Source: an uncultured archaeon (GTDB lineage: Archaea; Asgardarchaeota; Lokiarchaeia; Sigyniarchaeales; SOKP01). Taken from it: a DNA stretch of 55,619 bases. A program made the translations under genes and the position numbers. The notes under the pieces were generated by a model that saw only the letters and a list, made by a program, of their open reading frames with translations, made no database searches and was not told where the DNA came from. Of the stretch, positions 17,636 to 27,294 are shown one piece after another (the first letter of the stretch is position 1; every line of letters starts with the position of its first letter). The stretch spans positions 1 to 55,619 of the forward strand of contig CAZWEM010000025.1 of the NCBI GenBank assembly GCA_964632315.1. Direction: 5' to 3'.

Positions 17636-18298
17636 TTGATGGAGCACGTGGATAGGAATTATAAACTCATTTACGATCGCATGGTTGAACAGATGGACAG
17701 ATCTCTTGGCTATGGGAAGATGTACGTGGATTCTGAGCTTAATGCTGGTGTCTTGAATTTTATAGTGAAACCGATTGTTAAGTCATTTTATCAATATTGG
17801 AGCGATAAGGAAGCGCGTGTGAGTACTCTCGAACAAATTAATATCACGTTAGATACAGCAAAAAAGTTATTATTGAATGGAGGGGTAACAGAAGAAAAAT
17901 TTAACCGGGAAGTAGAATCAAGTCTTAAAATATACCTTAAAAATGACCAAACTACCAGTCAATGTAAAAAAAGCCATAAAAATTATAAAAAGCTTCTTGC
18001 AATCTCAAAAGATATATATGTTTCTCAAGTTAAAGAAGCAATAGTCATGTTGAGTGTTAGGGAAGATGTAAATACATATAATGATCTTTCAAGAGTCGCG
18101 TTTAAAACAAAAGAAAATGCATATAGAGCTTTAATGATACAACTCGATTATAATGAAGTAGGTATCTCTCTTTTAGAAGAGGATGAAAGTATTTTAAAAA
18201 TAGCTGCTGGTAGGGACATTATCATTCGTGTTCTAAGAAAAGGATTTGAACATACCAAAACTGCTTTAATCGAAGAACTGGATGAAATTTTCAATTAA
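17636..18298 (+). CDS. Hypothetical protein (tandem paralog B)
   Basis: Shared motifs VDRN, DSELxxGxLNFxVKP, CxKxHKNY and LRKGFE. Confidence 0.85.
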   Translation: MMEHVDRNYKLIYDRMVEQMDRSLGYGKMYVDSELNAGVLNFIVKPIVKSFYQYWSDKEARVSTLEQINITLDTAKKLLLNGGVTEEKFNREVESSLKIYLKNDQTTSQCKKSHKNYKKLLAISKDIYVSQVKEAIVMLSVREDVNTYNDLSRVAFKTKENAYRALMIQLDYNEVGISLLEEDESILKIAAGRDIIIRVLRKGFEHTKTALIEELDEIFN

Positions 18299-18341
18299 TA
18301 GGTTAAGCCTTTTTAAAATAAGAAAAATTAATTGAAATAAA

Positions 18342-19385
18342 TTGAAGCAGAATAACGTTAAAAGATCCATTTATCTAAATATTTTCCAGATCCTTTTTAT
18401 ATTCATGATCTATTTCTACATTTCTGAAGCATTTGGTTCTATTTCTGCTCCTTATATTCTGAATGAAGGTTTTTCAATTCAATTTAATGTTTCATTATTG
18501 ATATTTGGTTTTCTATCCATTTTAGCAGGGCCAATACAAGGACTTATCTCAGGATTTTTGGGAGAGCTATTTTATCAAATGGCTTATTTTCACGCAATCT
18601 TTATCGACTGGTGTTTAATAGTAGCATTAATAGGATTTGCGTGTGGAATTTATCGATATAAACCTCTAAAGTATCATGAAGGAATGAAAGTATATTACAC
18701 TTTTTTAATTTTAATCATATTAACTTTTGCTGTAATGATTTTAATCTTTTTATTTCAGATAATAATTTATCAGAATCAAATGAGCATTGATATAATTTTC
18801 ATAGATTATGGTTTCAAATTTTTCACACAATCCTTGATATCCTTGATTTTTCCTCTTCCATTTTTGCTCATTTTATATGATAGGATTTTATCAAGCAAGG
18901 AAAAGATTATTTACAATTTATTTCTTACTCATCATCCGATAAATGCTAACGATCATACCTATTACTTGGAATTTGGAAGAACTCGAATTTATTTCTGTTC
19001 ACGATGTTCTGGAGTGATAATTGGGATTATAGCAAGTACTTTTATTTTTCATTTTATCAATTTAACATTTGATTTAATTATTTCTCCAGAAGTTGCACTC
19101 ATTTTATGCATTATTCTTCCTATTTTTGGCATAATTGATTGGGGAACCCAAAAACTTCAGTATCGAAAAAGTACAACTTTCTCAAGATTGCTTACAGGAA
19201 CTTTAATAGGATTTGCGATGAATCTCATATCCTATACGGGTCAATATTATCTCTATTTGATACTTATTGTTACTGCATTTTTTGTTTTATTTTTCCTTTT
19301 AGTATACTTGGGTAATAGAAAAGAAATGAAGAAATTTAAAGAAGAATTGAACCCCCTTTCTGAAGAAAATGAAACCTCTAAGTGA
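18342..19385 (+). CDS. Membrane protein: ECF S-component-like domain plus DUF2085-like domain
   Basis: GPIQGLISGFLGE motif; FCSRCSG and IIDWGTQ motifs. Confidence 0.7.
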   Translation: MKQNNVKRSIYLNIFQILFIFMIYFYISEAFGSISAPYILNEGFSIQFNVSLLIFGFLSILAGPIQGLISGFLGELFYQMAYFHAIFIDWCLIVALIGFACGIYRYKPLKYHEGMKVYYTFLILIILTFAVMILIFLFQIIIYQNQMSIDIIFIDYGFKFFTQSLISLIFPLPFLLILYDRILSSKEKIIYNLFLTHHPINANDHTYYLEFGRTRIYFCSRCSGVIIGIIASTFIFHFINLTFDLIISPEVALILCIILPIFGIIDWGTQKLQYRKSTTFSRLLTGTLIGFAMNLISYTGQYYLYLILIVTAFFVLFFLLVYLGNRKEMKKFKEELNPLSEENETSK

Positions 19386-19400
19386 TTACTCATTAAGAAT

Positions 19401-19940
19401 ATGATCTTCCTTCACGGATTAGAGTCTTCTGGAGAAGGCTTTAAAGCAATACTATTAAAAAAATTGTTTCCTGAAATTATAACACCTACTTTCTTTGCTT
19501 ATTCCTCAAAAATCTCAGTGGATCATGTCTTAGAGATTAGAATGGAACAATTAGAAGAATTAGTTCATGATAAGTCAAATTGGATAATTATCGGTTCAAG
19601 TTTTGGAGGTTTAATGGGCACGATTTACGCTTTAAAAAATCCTAAAAAGGTTAACCACTTAATTTTATTAGCTCCATTTCTAACTTCTCCTAAATTTTAT
19701 GACTCCCTAGTTATTCCTATCGATATTCCTGTATTTGCCATTCATGGCATCCACGATTCTGTCGTATCGGCAAGAAAGGCAAGAGAATATGCTAATAATC
19801 TGTTCTCAAATTTGGAATATATATTTGTAGATGATGATCACCAGTTACATCAAACGGTAGGGAAGTTAAATTGGATGAGCTTAATAAACGATTATCCTAT
19901 TCAAAAAAAAATTGTTCCCTCCGAAATAATAAGACAATAA
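19401..19940 (+). CDS. YqiA-like alpha/beta hydrolase
   Basis: FLHGLES, GSSFGG, HGIHD and DDH motifs. Confidence 0.88.
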   Translation: MIFLHGLESSGEGFKAILLKKLFPEIITPTFFAYSSKISVDHVLEIRMEQLEELVHDKSNWIIIGSSFGGLMGTIYALKNPKKVNHLILLAPFLTSPKFYDSLVIPIDIPVFAIHGIHDSVVSARKAREYANNLFSNLEYIFVDDDHQLHQTVGKLNWMSLINDYPIQKKIVPSEIIRQ

Positions 19941-20060
19941 TTGGACTCCGTTTTTTTTAATATGAATAAATCTATTTTTCTTATAGATCTTTATTTTGAA
20001 GAAAATAATCACATGTGATAATAAAAAAATTAAATAAAATAAAATTAAACATAATATAAA

Positions 20061-21677
20061 GTGAGGAAGTGTATGCCACCAAAAATTTATATCTGCAGAG
20101 AATGTGGATACGGTTTTCCACCAGAACTTTCACATCTTATTGAGAATAAAATTCAAGTATATTGTGAGATGTGTGGAACCCCCTTTTCGCTTGCAGGTGT
20201 TGAATTTAAACAACCTAAAATCCAACCTCAAGAATCACGCTTCAAACCTTATTCTAGAGAAGCTTTAAAAGAGCGGTCTCGAAAGAAATTCAGTAAAGCA
20301 ATAAGAGTACTCGATCATTTGTCGTATCTCCCTATACTCATTTTTTCAAGTATTTTTATAACTACTAATTGGATGTATGTTAATCAAAGCAATTGGATTC
20401 CAAATGTAATTAGTAATATGCTTATAGCACTCGTAGGGTTTCTAATTGTTGTTTATGATCTTAAGCGAATTACACCAAGAGTTAAAGAAGAGAAATATGA
20501 TGAAATTGTATTAGATTCATTTTGTTTTGGTATTCTTGGATGCATTATATATGGTACGGGTACAATCTTGCTGATTAAGGGTATTTTGATTATCATATAC
20601 AGTTCTATATATCATAAAAGTGAAAAGCATAAAATATACACTTTTGGATTAAAATTAAAAAATTCAATAAATCACTTTTCAGGATTGGCAGGATTTGTAA
20701 TTTTATTTTTAGTAACCGCATTCGTTTTGAACGGTACTATTGATGGTTCCAACATATACTACGGTTTAGACTTACTCCGCCAAAGTCTAGGAACATTAAA
20801 TTCAATTATATCATTGACAATATTCATTACTGTAATCGCAGCCATAATTTTAGTTCCAGTCATATTAATGATTATTGATATGCGGAAAAGGAGATCTACG
20901 AAACAAAAAAAGGTCTTCAAATTTGGAGATTTCATTTCTTATTTCATAATTGGAGTAATCTCAACAGCAATTTATGCAACTGGTATCTTCATCCTTCTTA
21001 AAAGCATATTGATTTTTCTATTATTCGTTGGGAAACCTTTTGATTGGGAAGAAGAGTTAATACTTCCTTCAAGAACTCACGAGGCAAGAATGATACAGCA
21101 AAAACCAATCACTTATGAAGAAGAGGTGCCACCTCCGGATAAAAAAGAAGAATTTCTAGAAAAACAACCTTCACTTTCTGAAAAAGAAGAACTTAAAACT
21201 ACTCCGAAGATTATTGAAAAAGAAAAGGAAGCAATAAAAATTGAAACAGCTGAAGAACTAAAGAAAGAGAGAGAGACAGAAGAAGAACCAATCGACGAGA
21301 AAGAATTACGACTTCACGAATCTTTATTACCCGTAAAGGATGAAAAAGATAAAAAAGTAGTAAAAAGGTACCTAACTAAAATTTTTAACGTAGTCTCAAA
21401 AGATATCAAAGATAGAATAATGGAATTAGACATTCCGAAACAAGATAAGAAAGAGGTATTACAAGAATTAGCATTCCTTACGAAGAAAGAACAGATGAAA
21501 CACATTGAAGCAATTGCGAACTTATATAAGGAGATCCCTCACATGTTAATTGAACGCATAAGAAAGCTCCCCAATGTAGAACCTGAACATTACGATAAAA
21601 TTATTGCTCAATTGAAGTATATGGATTTTGAGGAACAAATGGAATTTGTTCAATTTTTAGAGGAGTATTCAAAATAA
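20061..21677 (+). CDS. Zn-ribbon membrane protein with a charged cytoplasmic tail
   Basis: CRECG...CEMCG, multiple TM helices and an E/K-rich C-terminus. Confidence 0.75.
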   Translation: MRKCMPPKIYICRECGYGFPPELSHLIENKIQVYCEMCGTPFSLAGVEFKQPKIQPQESRFKPYSREALKERSRKKFSKAIRVLDHLSYLPILIFSSIFITTNWMYVNQSNWIPNVISNMLIALVGFLIVVYDLKRITPRVKEEKYDEIVLDSFCFGILGCIIYGTGTILLIKGILIIIYSSIYHKSEKHKIYTFGLKLKNSINHFSGLAGFVILFLVTAFVLNGTIDGSNIYYGLDLLRQSLGTLNSIISLTIFITVIAAIILVPVILMIIDMRKRRSTKQKKVFKFGDFISYFIIGVISTAIYATGIFILLKSILIFLLFVGKPFDWEEELILPSRTHEARMIQQKPITYEEEVPPPDKKEEFLEKQPSLSEKEELKTTPKIIEKEKEAIKIETAEELKKERETEEEPIDEKELRLHESLLPVKDEKDKKVVKRYLTKIFNVVSKDIKDRIMELDIPKQDKKEVLQELAFLTKKEQMKHIEAIANLYKEIPHMLIERIRKLPNVEPEHYDKIIAQLKYMDFEEQMEFVQFLEEYSK

Positions 21678-21682
21678 AAATA

Positions 21683-22588
21683 ATGAGCTTTCAGAAAATG
21701 TCGCTTGAAAGAAGAAAGGAGCCAAAAGAAAATAAAAATGAAAAAATGTTAGAAGAAAGCTCATTTAGAAAAGTAGATTTTACTCCCCTTAAAATTAAGG
21801 AAGATGTAGAGCCCGAAGTTGAAGAGATCACTGAAGAACTTTCTGAGATTGAGACCGACGTATTAAATATCGCCGAGGATATCTTAAAATTGAAGCGATA
21901 TGATGCCGATTTTGATCTTGAAATAGAAACGGAGGCAGAACTCCAGAAATATCCAATTATCGAAAAGTTATATGCTAAATCCATCGCAAAACTTGCATAC
22001 AAAAAGGGATATAGTAAAGAAGAGATCTTCCTGGCAATAAGAAGCTTAGAAGAGAAAAATTGGATTGTAACTAATGAACGGAGAACTAAATTAGAAATCC
22101 TTCAAAATGAAAAGTTGATGGAAATTTTAAATTTCATAAAGGAACATCCAGGCATACATGCAAGAGATGATTTGATTGAAAAAGAATTGAATATCACGAG
22201 AACTCCATTTTTAAAGCATGTGATGACATTAGAAAATTTCAAGTTAATTCGTTCAAAGAAAATAGGAAAATCATTACATTATTTTTTGGAAGATATGCCT
22301 GAGGATTTTGATAGATATCGAGTAATATTCGGAAATGATTTGATCCCAAAAATAATTGAAGAAATTTTTAAACAAGAGACAATATCAATATCGGGGATTG
22401 GTGATAAGCTTGATGTATACCCCGGAACAATTCAATACCATTTTAAGAAATTAAAAAAACTCGATCTCGTTAAATCTTTCAAGAATCACAAGAATGAAAA
22501 AATTCATCTAGTTAACATTGAATTATTGAAAAGTTATAATGAGTTTTTCAAAGAACCAGATTTCTCTAAATTACTGAAAGGGCTATGA
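21683..22588 (+). CDS. Winged-helix domain protein / transcriptional regulator
   Basis: IKEHPGIH and GTIQYHFKKL wHTH patterns. Confidence 0.75.
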   Translation: MSFQKMSLERRKEPKENKNEKMLEESSFRKVDFTPLKIKEDVEPEVEEITEELSEIETDVLNIAEDILKLKRYDADFDLEIETEAELQKYPIIEKLYAKSIAKLAYKKGYSKEEIFLAIRSLEEKNWIVTNERRTKLEILQNEKLMEILNFIKEHPGIHARDDLIEKELNITRTPFLKHVMTLENFKLIRSKKIGKSLHYFLEDMPEDFDRYRVIFGNDLIPKIIEEIFKQETISISGIGDKLDVYPGTIQYHFKKLKKLDLVKSFKNHKNEKIHLVNIELLKSYNEFFKEPDFSKLLKGL

Positions 22589-23473
22589 ATAAACCTGAGT
22601 TATTAGAGTTTTAATTTTAGGAAGAGCATTGATAACAATTTTTATTGCGTTATCTATTCCATTTTCCATGTTAGGATGTATCTGATTTGACGTTAATAAA
22701 TCATATTCAGGGTGCCCAGGGAGGTCCGTTATTGAAAGAACTGAAGCAGTTTTCAAATCAAAAAATGCCCCAAGGAGGAAAAGAATTGAGGATTCCATAT
22801 CGATCCCCCTTACATTTATTGATTGAAGTGCGCTAATAAATTCTGATGTTTCACAGAATAAGGCATCAGTAGTCCAAAAGTCTACAGCCTTTATATTACA
22901 GTTTGATAAAGAATGTCCTGCTTGTAATAAGATCTCCTTCAACACTTCATCAGGTTTGGAAATATAAACAATTTGATTTCCGAATTCAACTTCTCGCGTT
23001 CCAAATAAGGGATTTTTAATTGAATTTAAAATCTCTTGAAGAGAACTATGAGAGCGAACATATTGGGGAGAGGTACCATCGTCACAATAAGCAAGTTTAG
23101 GAATGAGAACATCTCCTACACTAATCTCATCCTCTTCTCCCGCTATAGCACCACATAAATCTACCCTCACAACCACCTTTGTCTTACATCTCTTTAAACA
23201 TTCCAAAATCATTGCGACATTTGGACAACCAACATTGGAAAGAATTATACTTACTTGTACCCCATTTAAGATACCATTATATACTCTGCCATGTTTGATT
23301 TTATTTTGTAATTTTTTCACCAGTTTTTTCATCACGTTTCTAACCGCTGGAAGGATTACGATTTCGTTCACATTCGATGGTGATGTTTCAAGAAGCATTC
23401 TAACTATTTTCTCATCAACAGAGATAAATTTTAGCCCGAAATTCAACAATTCTCCCTTTATCTTATTTATCAT
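22583..23473 (-). CDS. Nucleoside phosphorylase family protein
   Basis: VGCP, RVDLCGA, TTDALF and IDMESS motifs. Confidence 0.85.
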   Translation of the reverse strand: MINKIKGELLNFGLKFISVDEKIVRMLLETSPSNVNEIVILPAVRNVMKKLVKKLQNKIKHGRVYNGILNGVQVSIILSNVGCPNVAMILECLKRCKTKVVVRVDLCGAIAGEEDEISVGDVLIPKLAYCDDGTSPQYVRSHSSLQEILNSIKNPLFGTREVEFGNQIVYISKPDEVLKEILLQAGHSLSNCNIKAVDFWTTDALFCETSEFISALQSINVRGIDMESSILFLLGAFFDLKTASVLSITDLPGHPEYDLLTSNQIHPNMENGIDNAIKIVINALPKIKTLITQVYS

Positions 23474-23640
23474 GAGTTTCAGTTAAGAATATTATTTGGA
23501 ATTGATTATAATTTATAAGTTGGTTGCTAATTATTCCAATACTTATATTTCGTAATAATAATTTTTAATACTTTAATAAAATACCTTTATCTATAATTAT
23601 TTAATACCACAATATTTCAAGAAATGAACGGTACGTTGAA

Positions 23641-24927
23641 ATGAACAATCACTTTATCATAGATAACAAGATTACGAATGAATTCGTGGAGAATTATACG
23701 AAAACAACTTATCGAATTGTTGGATCCCAAAAGCATTCAGCGATAAAGCCATGCCACTGGTTAGAACAACGCTTAATGACCGGGCGAGATAATAGAAATT
23801 GCTATAAAGGAGTATTTGGAGTAGAAAGCCACAGATGTTTGCAAAATTCCCCATCCATGCCTTTTTGTAATCATCAATGTGTTTTTTGCTGGAGAGATAT
23901 TGAGTTAGGTTCGTTGGGAAGCGAATTTATTGTTGATCCAGATGAACCAAAAGAACTAATTGATGATATGATAAAACACCATGTGGATATCATTAAAAAT
24001 CACTTACCCTTGAGGAGATATTTAGATAATTATGAAATAATGATTGATATTCTTTATTTCATGCTGTTAAATAAGACGTATCATACAATCAATTCCTTAT
24101 CTCAAGCCCTTCACGTGAGTAAAAATAAAATTGAAAGAGCAGTAAATCTTCTTAAGAATCAAAAGTTTATACATCCAGATAATTCATTGAGGAATTTTAT
24201 GATTGAGGGAGAAATTTCTTGTTGTATTGATTCTAGAGAAGAAATAGTAAATTTAATTAATGCGATATTGACTAATCCAGATGATATAATGCAAGCACAT
24301 GGAGAAGCAATGATTCCAAATCATGCCGCAATTTCACTTGATGGAGAACCATTGTTGTATCCAAAAATATCAGGATTTATTGAAGAATTCCGGAAAAGAA
24401 ACATGACTAGTTTCGTTGTCACAAATAGTACCCTCCCGAAAACCGTTGAAAATCTTGATTCCTTCCCTTCTCAGATGTATTTTACGCTTCCTGCAACTGA
24501 TGAGAAATTGTATAAAAAAGTATGCCGACCAATGATTAAAAATGGCTGGAAGAAAATAATGGACACAATGGACTTAATTGAGTCATTGAACACGCGAACA
24601 TTAATCAGACTGACTGCTGTGAAAGATCTTAATATTAATGAAGAAATGGTTAAAGAATATATAAAAATTATAGAAAAAGCTAATCCTAATTTTTTTGAAA
24701 TTAAAGGTTTTACTTTACAAGCAAAAGCATTACTACTTAGTAAGAGAATGAGTACCTCAGAACCATTGAGTAATTTCTTTCCAGAATATGGGTATCTAGA
24801 AAAAATCGCACATCAATTTGAAAAACTCAGTAGTTTTTCATTGATATATACTAATGAAGCAAGTAGAGATTTTCTATTCGCTGTTAATTGGAAGGAGAAT
24901 GAGGATCCTAAGATTAAAATGCCTTGA
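23641..24927 (+). CDS. taw1: 4-demethylwyosine synthase (radical SAM) with an internal HTH-like insertion
   Basis: HSAIKPCHW, CYK, SHRC, CNHQCVFCWR and HAAISLDGEP motifs. Confidence 0.9.
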   Translation: MNNHFIIDNKITNEFVENYTKTTYRIVGSQKHSAIKPCHWLEQRLMTGRDNRNCYKGVFGVESHRCLQNSPSMPFCNHQCVFCWRDIELGSLGSEFIVDPDEPKELIDDMIKHHVDIIKNHLPLRRYLDNYEIMIDILYFMLLNKTYHTINSLSQALHVSKNKIERAVNLLKNQKFIHPDNSLRNFMIEGEISCCIDSREEIVNLINAILTNPDDIMQAHGEAMIPNHAAISLDGEPLLYPKISGFIEEFRKRNMTSFVVTNSTLPKTVENLDSFPSQMYFTLPATDEKLYKKVCRPMIKNGWKKIMDTMDLIESLNTRTLIRLTAVKDLNINEEMVKEYIKIIEKANPNFFEIKGFTLQAKALLLSKRMSTSEPLSNFFPEYGYLEKIAHQFEKLSSFSLIYTNEASRDFLFAVNWKENEDPKIKMP

Positions 24928-24979
24928 TCCACCTAAAAAAAATAGTTCTTCTGTTTCAGATTTAATTTTAATACTTCTT

Positions 24980-25621
24980 TTACTTCAAGAATTTAGGCTG
25001 GTTAAAAGAAAAAGTAACGAACTTAAGTAATTTATTGAGGTTTGTTCTTTTTAATGCGGAGAATTCCAAATAGGGAATTGATAGTTCATTCTTAGAGTTG
25101 TAATCATCCAGATGAATCAGATTCAATCCAAATTCCTTTGCAAGGTTTAAAAAGAAGTTTATATTCTTTTTCATATCAAAGTTCGAGACCTTATCAATTT
25201 TATTGAAAATAATTAATGAAGGGATTCCTAATTCATCAATGAATTTGATTAATTCAAAACTTAAAGGAATGGTTTTTGTATTTTGAACGAAGTACTTGTT
25301 TAATTCATCTTCTATTCGAAGAATATTAATGACTATGAGAGAGAGAAAATACATCTGATAATTTCTCTCAATATGAAGGACAACTTGATTTTTTATGTGT
25401 TCTTCTCGTCGATGACTTGATTTTGTCATAAAACCAAATCCAGGTAAATCCACTATTTGGTAGGGCATGCTATCTTGAAATATAGGCCTAATTAATAAAG
25501 TACTACCTGGTTGCTTGCCACTTTTTCCCTTAAACTTACGAGGATTGGGTAAAAGTAATCTAGTAATCGAACTTTTGCCCACATTAGAATTTCCTATTAC
25601 CATTAAGGACTTTTTAGTCAT
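24980..25621 (-). CDS. engB: EngB/YsxC-family GTP-binding protein
   Basis: GNSNVGKSS, PGST, DLPGFG and NKID motifs. Confidence 0.8.
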   Translation of the reverse strand: MTKKSLMVIGNSNVGKSSITRLLLPNPRKFKGKSGKQPGSTLLIRPIFQDSMPYQIVDLPGFGFMTKSSHRREEHIKNQVVLHIERNYQMYFLSLIVINILRIEDELNKYFVQNTKTIPLSFELIKFIDELGIPSLIIFNKIDKVSNFDMKKNINFFLNLAKEFGLNLIHLDDYNSKNELSIPYLEFSALKRTNLNKLLKFVTFSFNQPKFLK

Positions 25622-25644
25622 CTTCCTACTATTGTTTGTACAAT

Positions 25645-26529
25645 TTATATATCGAGAAAATCATCAGCTAGAAAATCCTTAAACATTTTTTTCTTTTCCT
25701 CTTCTTTTATGATCGGTCGTGTGCTTATGGGTTCACCTACTTCTTCAAGAATCTCTTTTAAGATTTTTATTCCTATGTTTATTTTAAACTTGCTTCCGCT
25801 AAGATATCTGATAATCTGTTTATTATTTAGCGTAAGTCTTAAAATATATCCCAAGCCAAAATAAAATTGATGTTCTGGAATTGGATCGATTGGACTCTTG
25901 CTTGTTATTTCTTTTAGCATATCATATAATAATTGCTTACTTGCCACGTTATCTTCAGCTTGAAATGTTAAGTAGTACAACGCATGATACCAGATCTTAT
26001 CTCTTCTATTGGATGCATATATGACGAATTTTTCAGGAGTTATGACTTCTTTTTCCTCTTCTTCTTCACGTTCCTGTAACTCTTGTTTAATACGTTCTTC
26101 TAGTTCTGTTGATATAATAGTTTCTTTTGGAATTGAATCTTGTTCAACTCCTAATTCTTCTTGTTTAACAGATTCTACTGCTTCCTTCATTTCTTCTAGT
26201 TCATCAAAGTCAATATCATCTAGATCCGAAAAGTCAGTAAGTAATTTTTCTTTTTCAGAAATATATCTCTCTTGATCGGAAATTGAAACTTCTGGAGCAT
26301 CCAATGCTCCCGATTTGGACATTTCTTTAGCGTTGGGGATGTCTCCTTCTTTTACCTTCTTGATTGCTTCCTGCATTGCTTTTAATTCTTCAAAGTCCAA
26401 ATCATCCAAATCAGAAAAATCAGATTCTAGGTTTTCCATTTCGTGTAAATAAGCTTCTAAATCATCCTTTTCTGCTTCAGAATTTTCATCATCTGGAAAA
26501 CTATCTTGCAGTTCTGGATCTTCTGGCAT
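25645..26529 (-). CDS. Acidic hypothetical protein with an internal repeat
   Basis: Two copies of DFSDLDDxDFxELxxMxEA. Confidence 0.75.
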   Translation of the reverse strand: MPEDPELQDSFPDDENSEAEKDDLEAYLHEMENLESDFSDLDDLDFEELKAMQEAIKKVKEGDIPNAKEMSKSGALDAPEVSISDQERYISEKEKLLTDFSDLDDIDFDELEEMKEAVESVKQEELGVEQDSIPKETIISTELEERIKQELQEREEEEEKEVITPEKFVIYASNRRDKIWYHALYYLTFQAEDNVASKQLLYDMLKEITSKSPIDPIPEHQFYFGLGYILRLTLNNKQIIRYLSGSKFKINIGIKILKEILEEVGEPISTRPIIKEEEKKKMFKDFLADDFLDI

Positions 26530-26687
26530 ATTTATTAGTGGTAAATTTCATTTCTATTTTCTAATATAATTTTTTAATTCTTTAAATTTTAAGATTTTTG
26601 TGAATAAATGTATAAATAATTGTAATCATTGATATCATTATTCAATTCTAAATTAAAAATGCTCATTCAGCGAATTGGTTTGGAAAA

Positions 26688-27233
26688 ATGGGAGAAATAA
26701 AGCATAAAATTGTAGTAATTGGAGCTCCAGCAGTTGGAAAAACATCATTAGTACGAAAATATACTAAAGGTGAATTTCAAAAAGAATATATCTCGACGTT
26801 AGGAGCACAATTTTCCAGATATGAGGAAATGATAGAGAATAATAAAGTTGAATTAATCATTTGGGATATAGCGGGACAGGAGGCTTGGGAAACGATGCGA
26901 AAGAAGTTTTACATTGGAAGTAGTGCGGGAATTGTCGTATTCTCTCATGCCTTAGATGAACTAGAGAGCATCTCTGAGATTCAAAAGTGGATGGATGAAT
27001 TAAGATCCAACTGTGGCGAGATTCCTGTCATGCTTTTTGGAAATAAAATTGACCTAATTGATACAAATGACCTCGAAAAAAATGAGAAGTTAAGAGGATC
27101 TGATTCTAACATTGAAAAATTGATTGAAAAGCATAACTTCTTGGAATATTATAAAACAAGCGCGCTAACGGGAGAAGGAGTAAAAGAAGCTTTTCAGTCA
27201 TTAGTTCATAAATTATATCATGAAGCTAAATGA
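26688..27233 (+). CDS. Rab-like small GTPase
   Basis: GAPAVGKTS, WDIAGQE, GNKID and TSALTG motifs. Confidence 0.92.
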   Translation: MGEIKHKIVVIGAPAVGKTSLVRKYTKGEFQKEYISTLGAQFSRYEEMIENNKVELIIWDIAGQEAWETMRKKFYIGSSAGIVVFSHALDELESISEIQKWMDELRSNCGEIPVMLFGNKIDLIDTNDLEKNEKLRGSDSNIEKLIEKHNFLEYYKTSALTGEGVKEAFQSLVHKLYHEAK

Positions 27234-27294
27234 TTTTAAAGAACATTTAAAAAGTTTAAATAAGATAAAAAAAATAACAAATAATAGAACTAAG

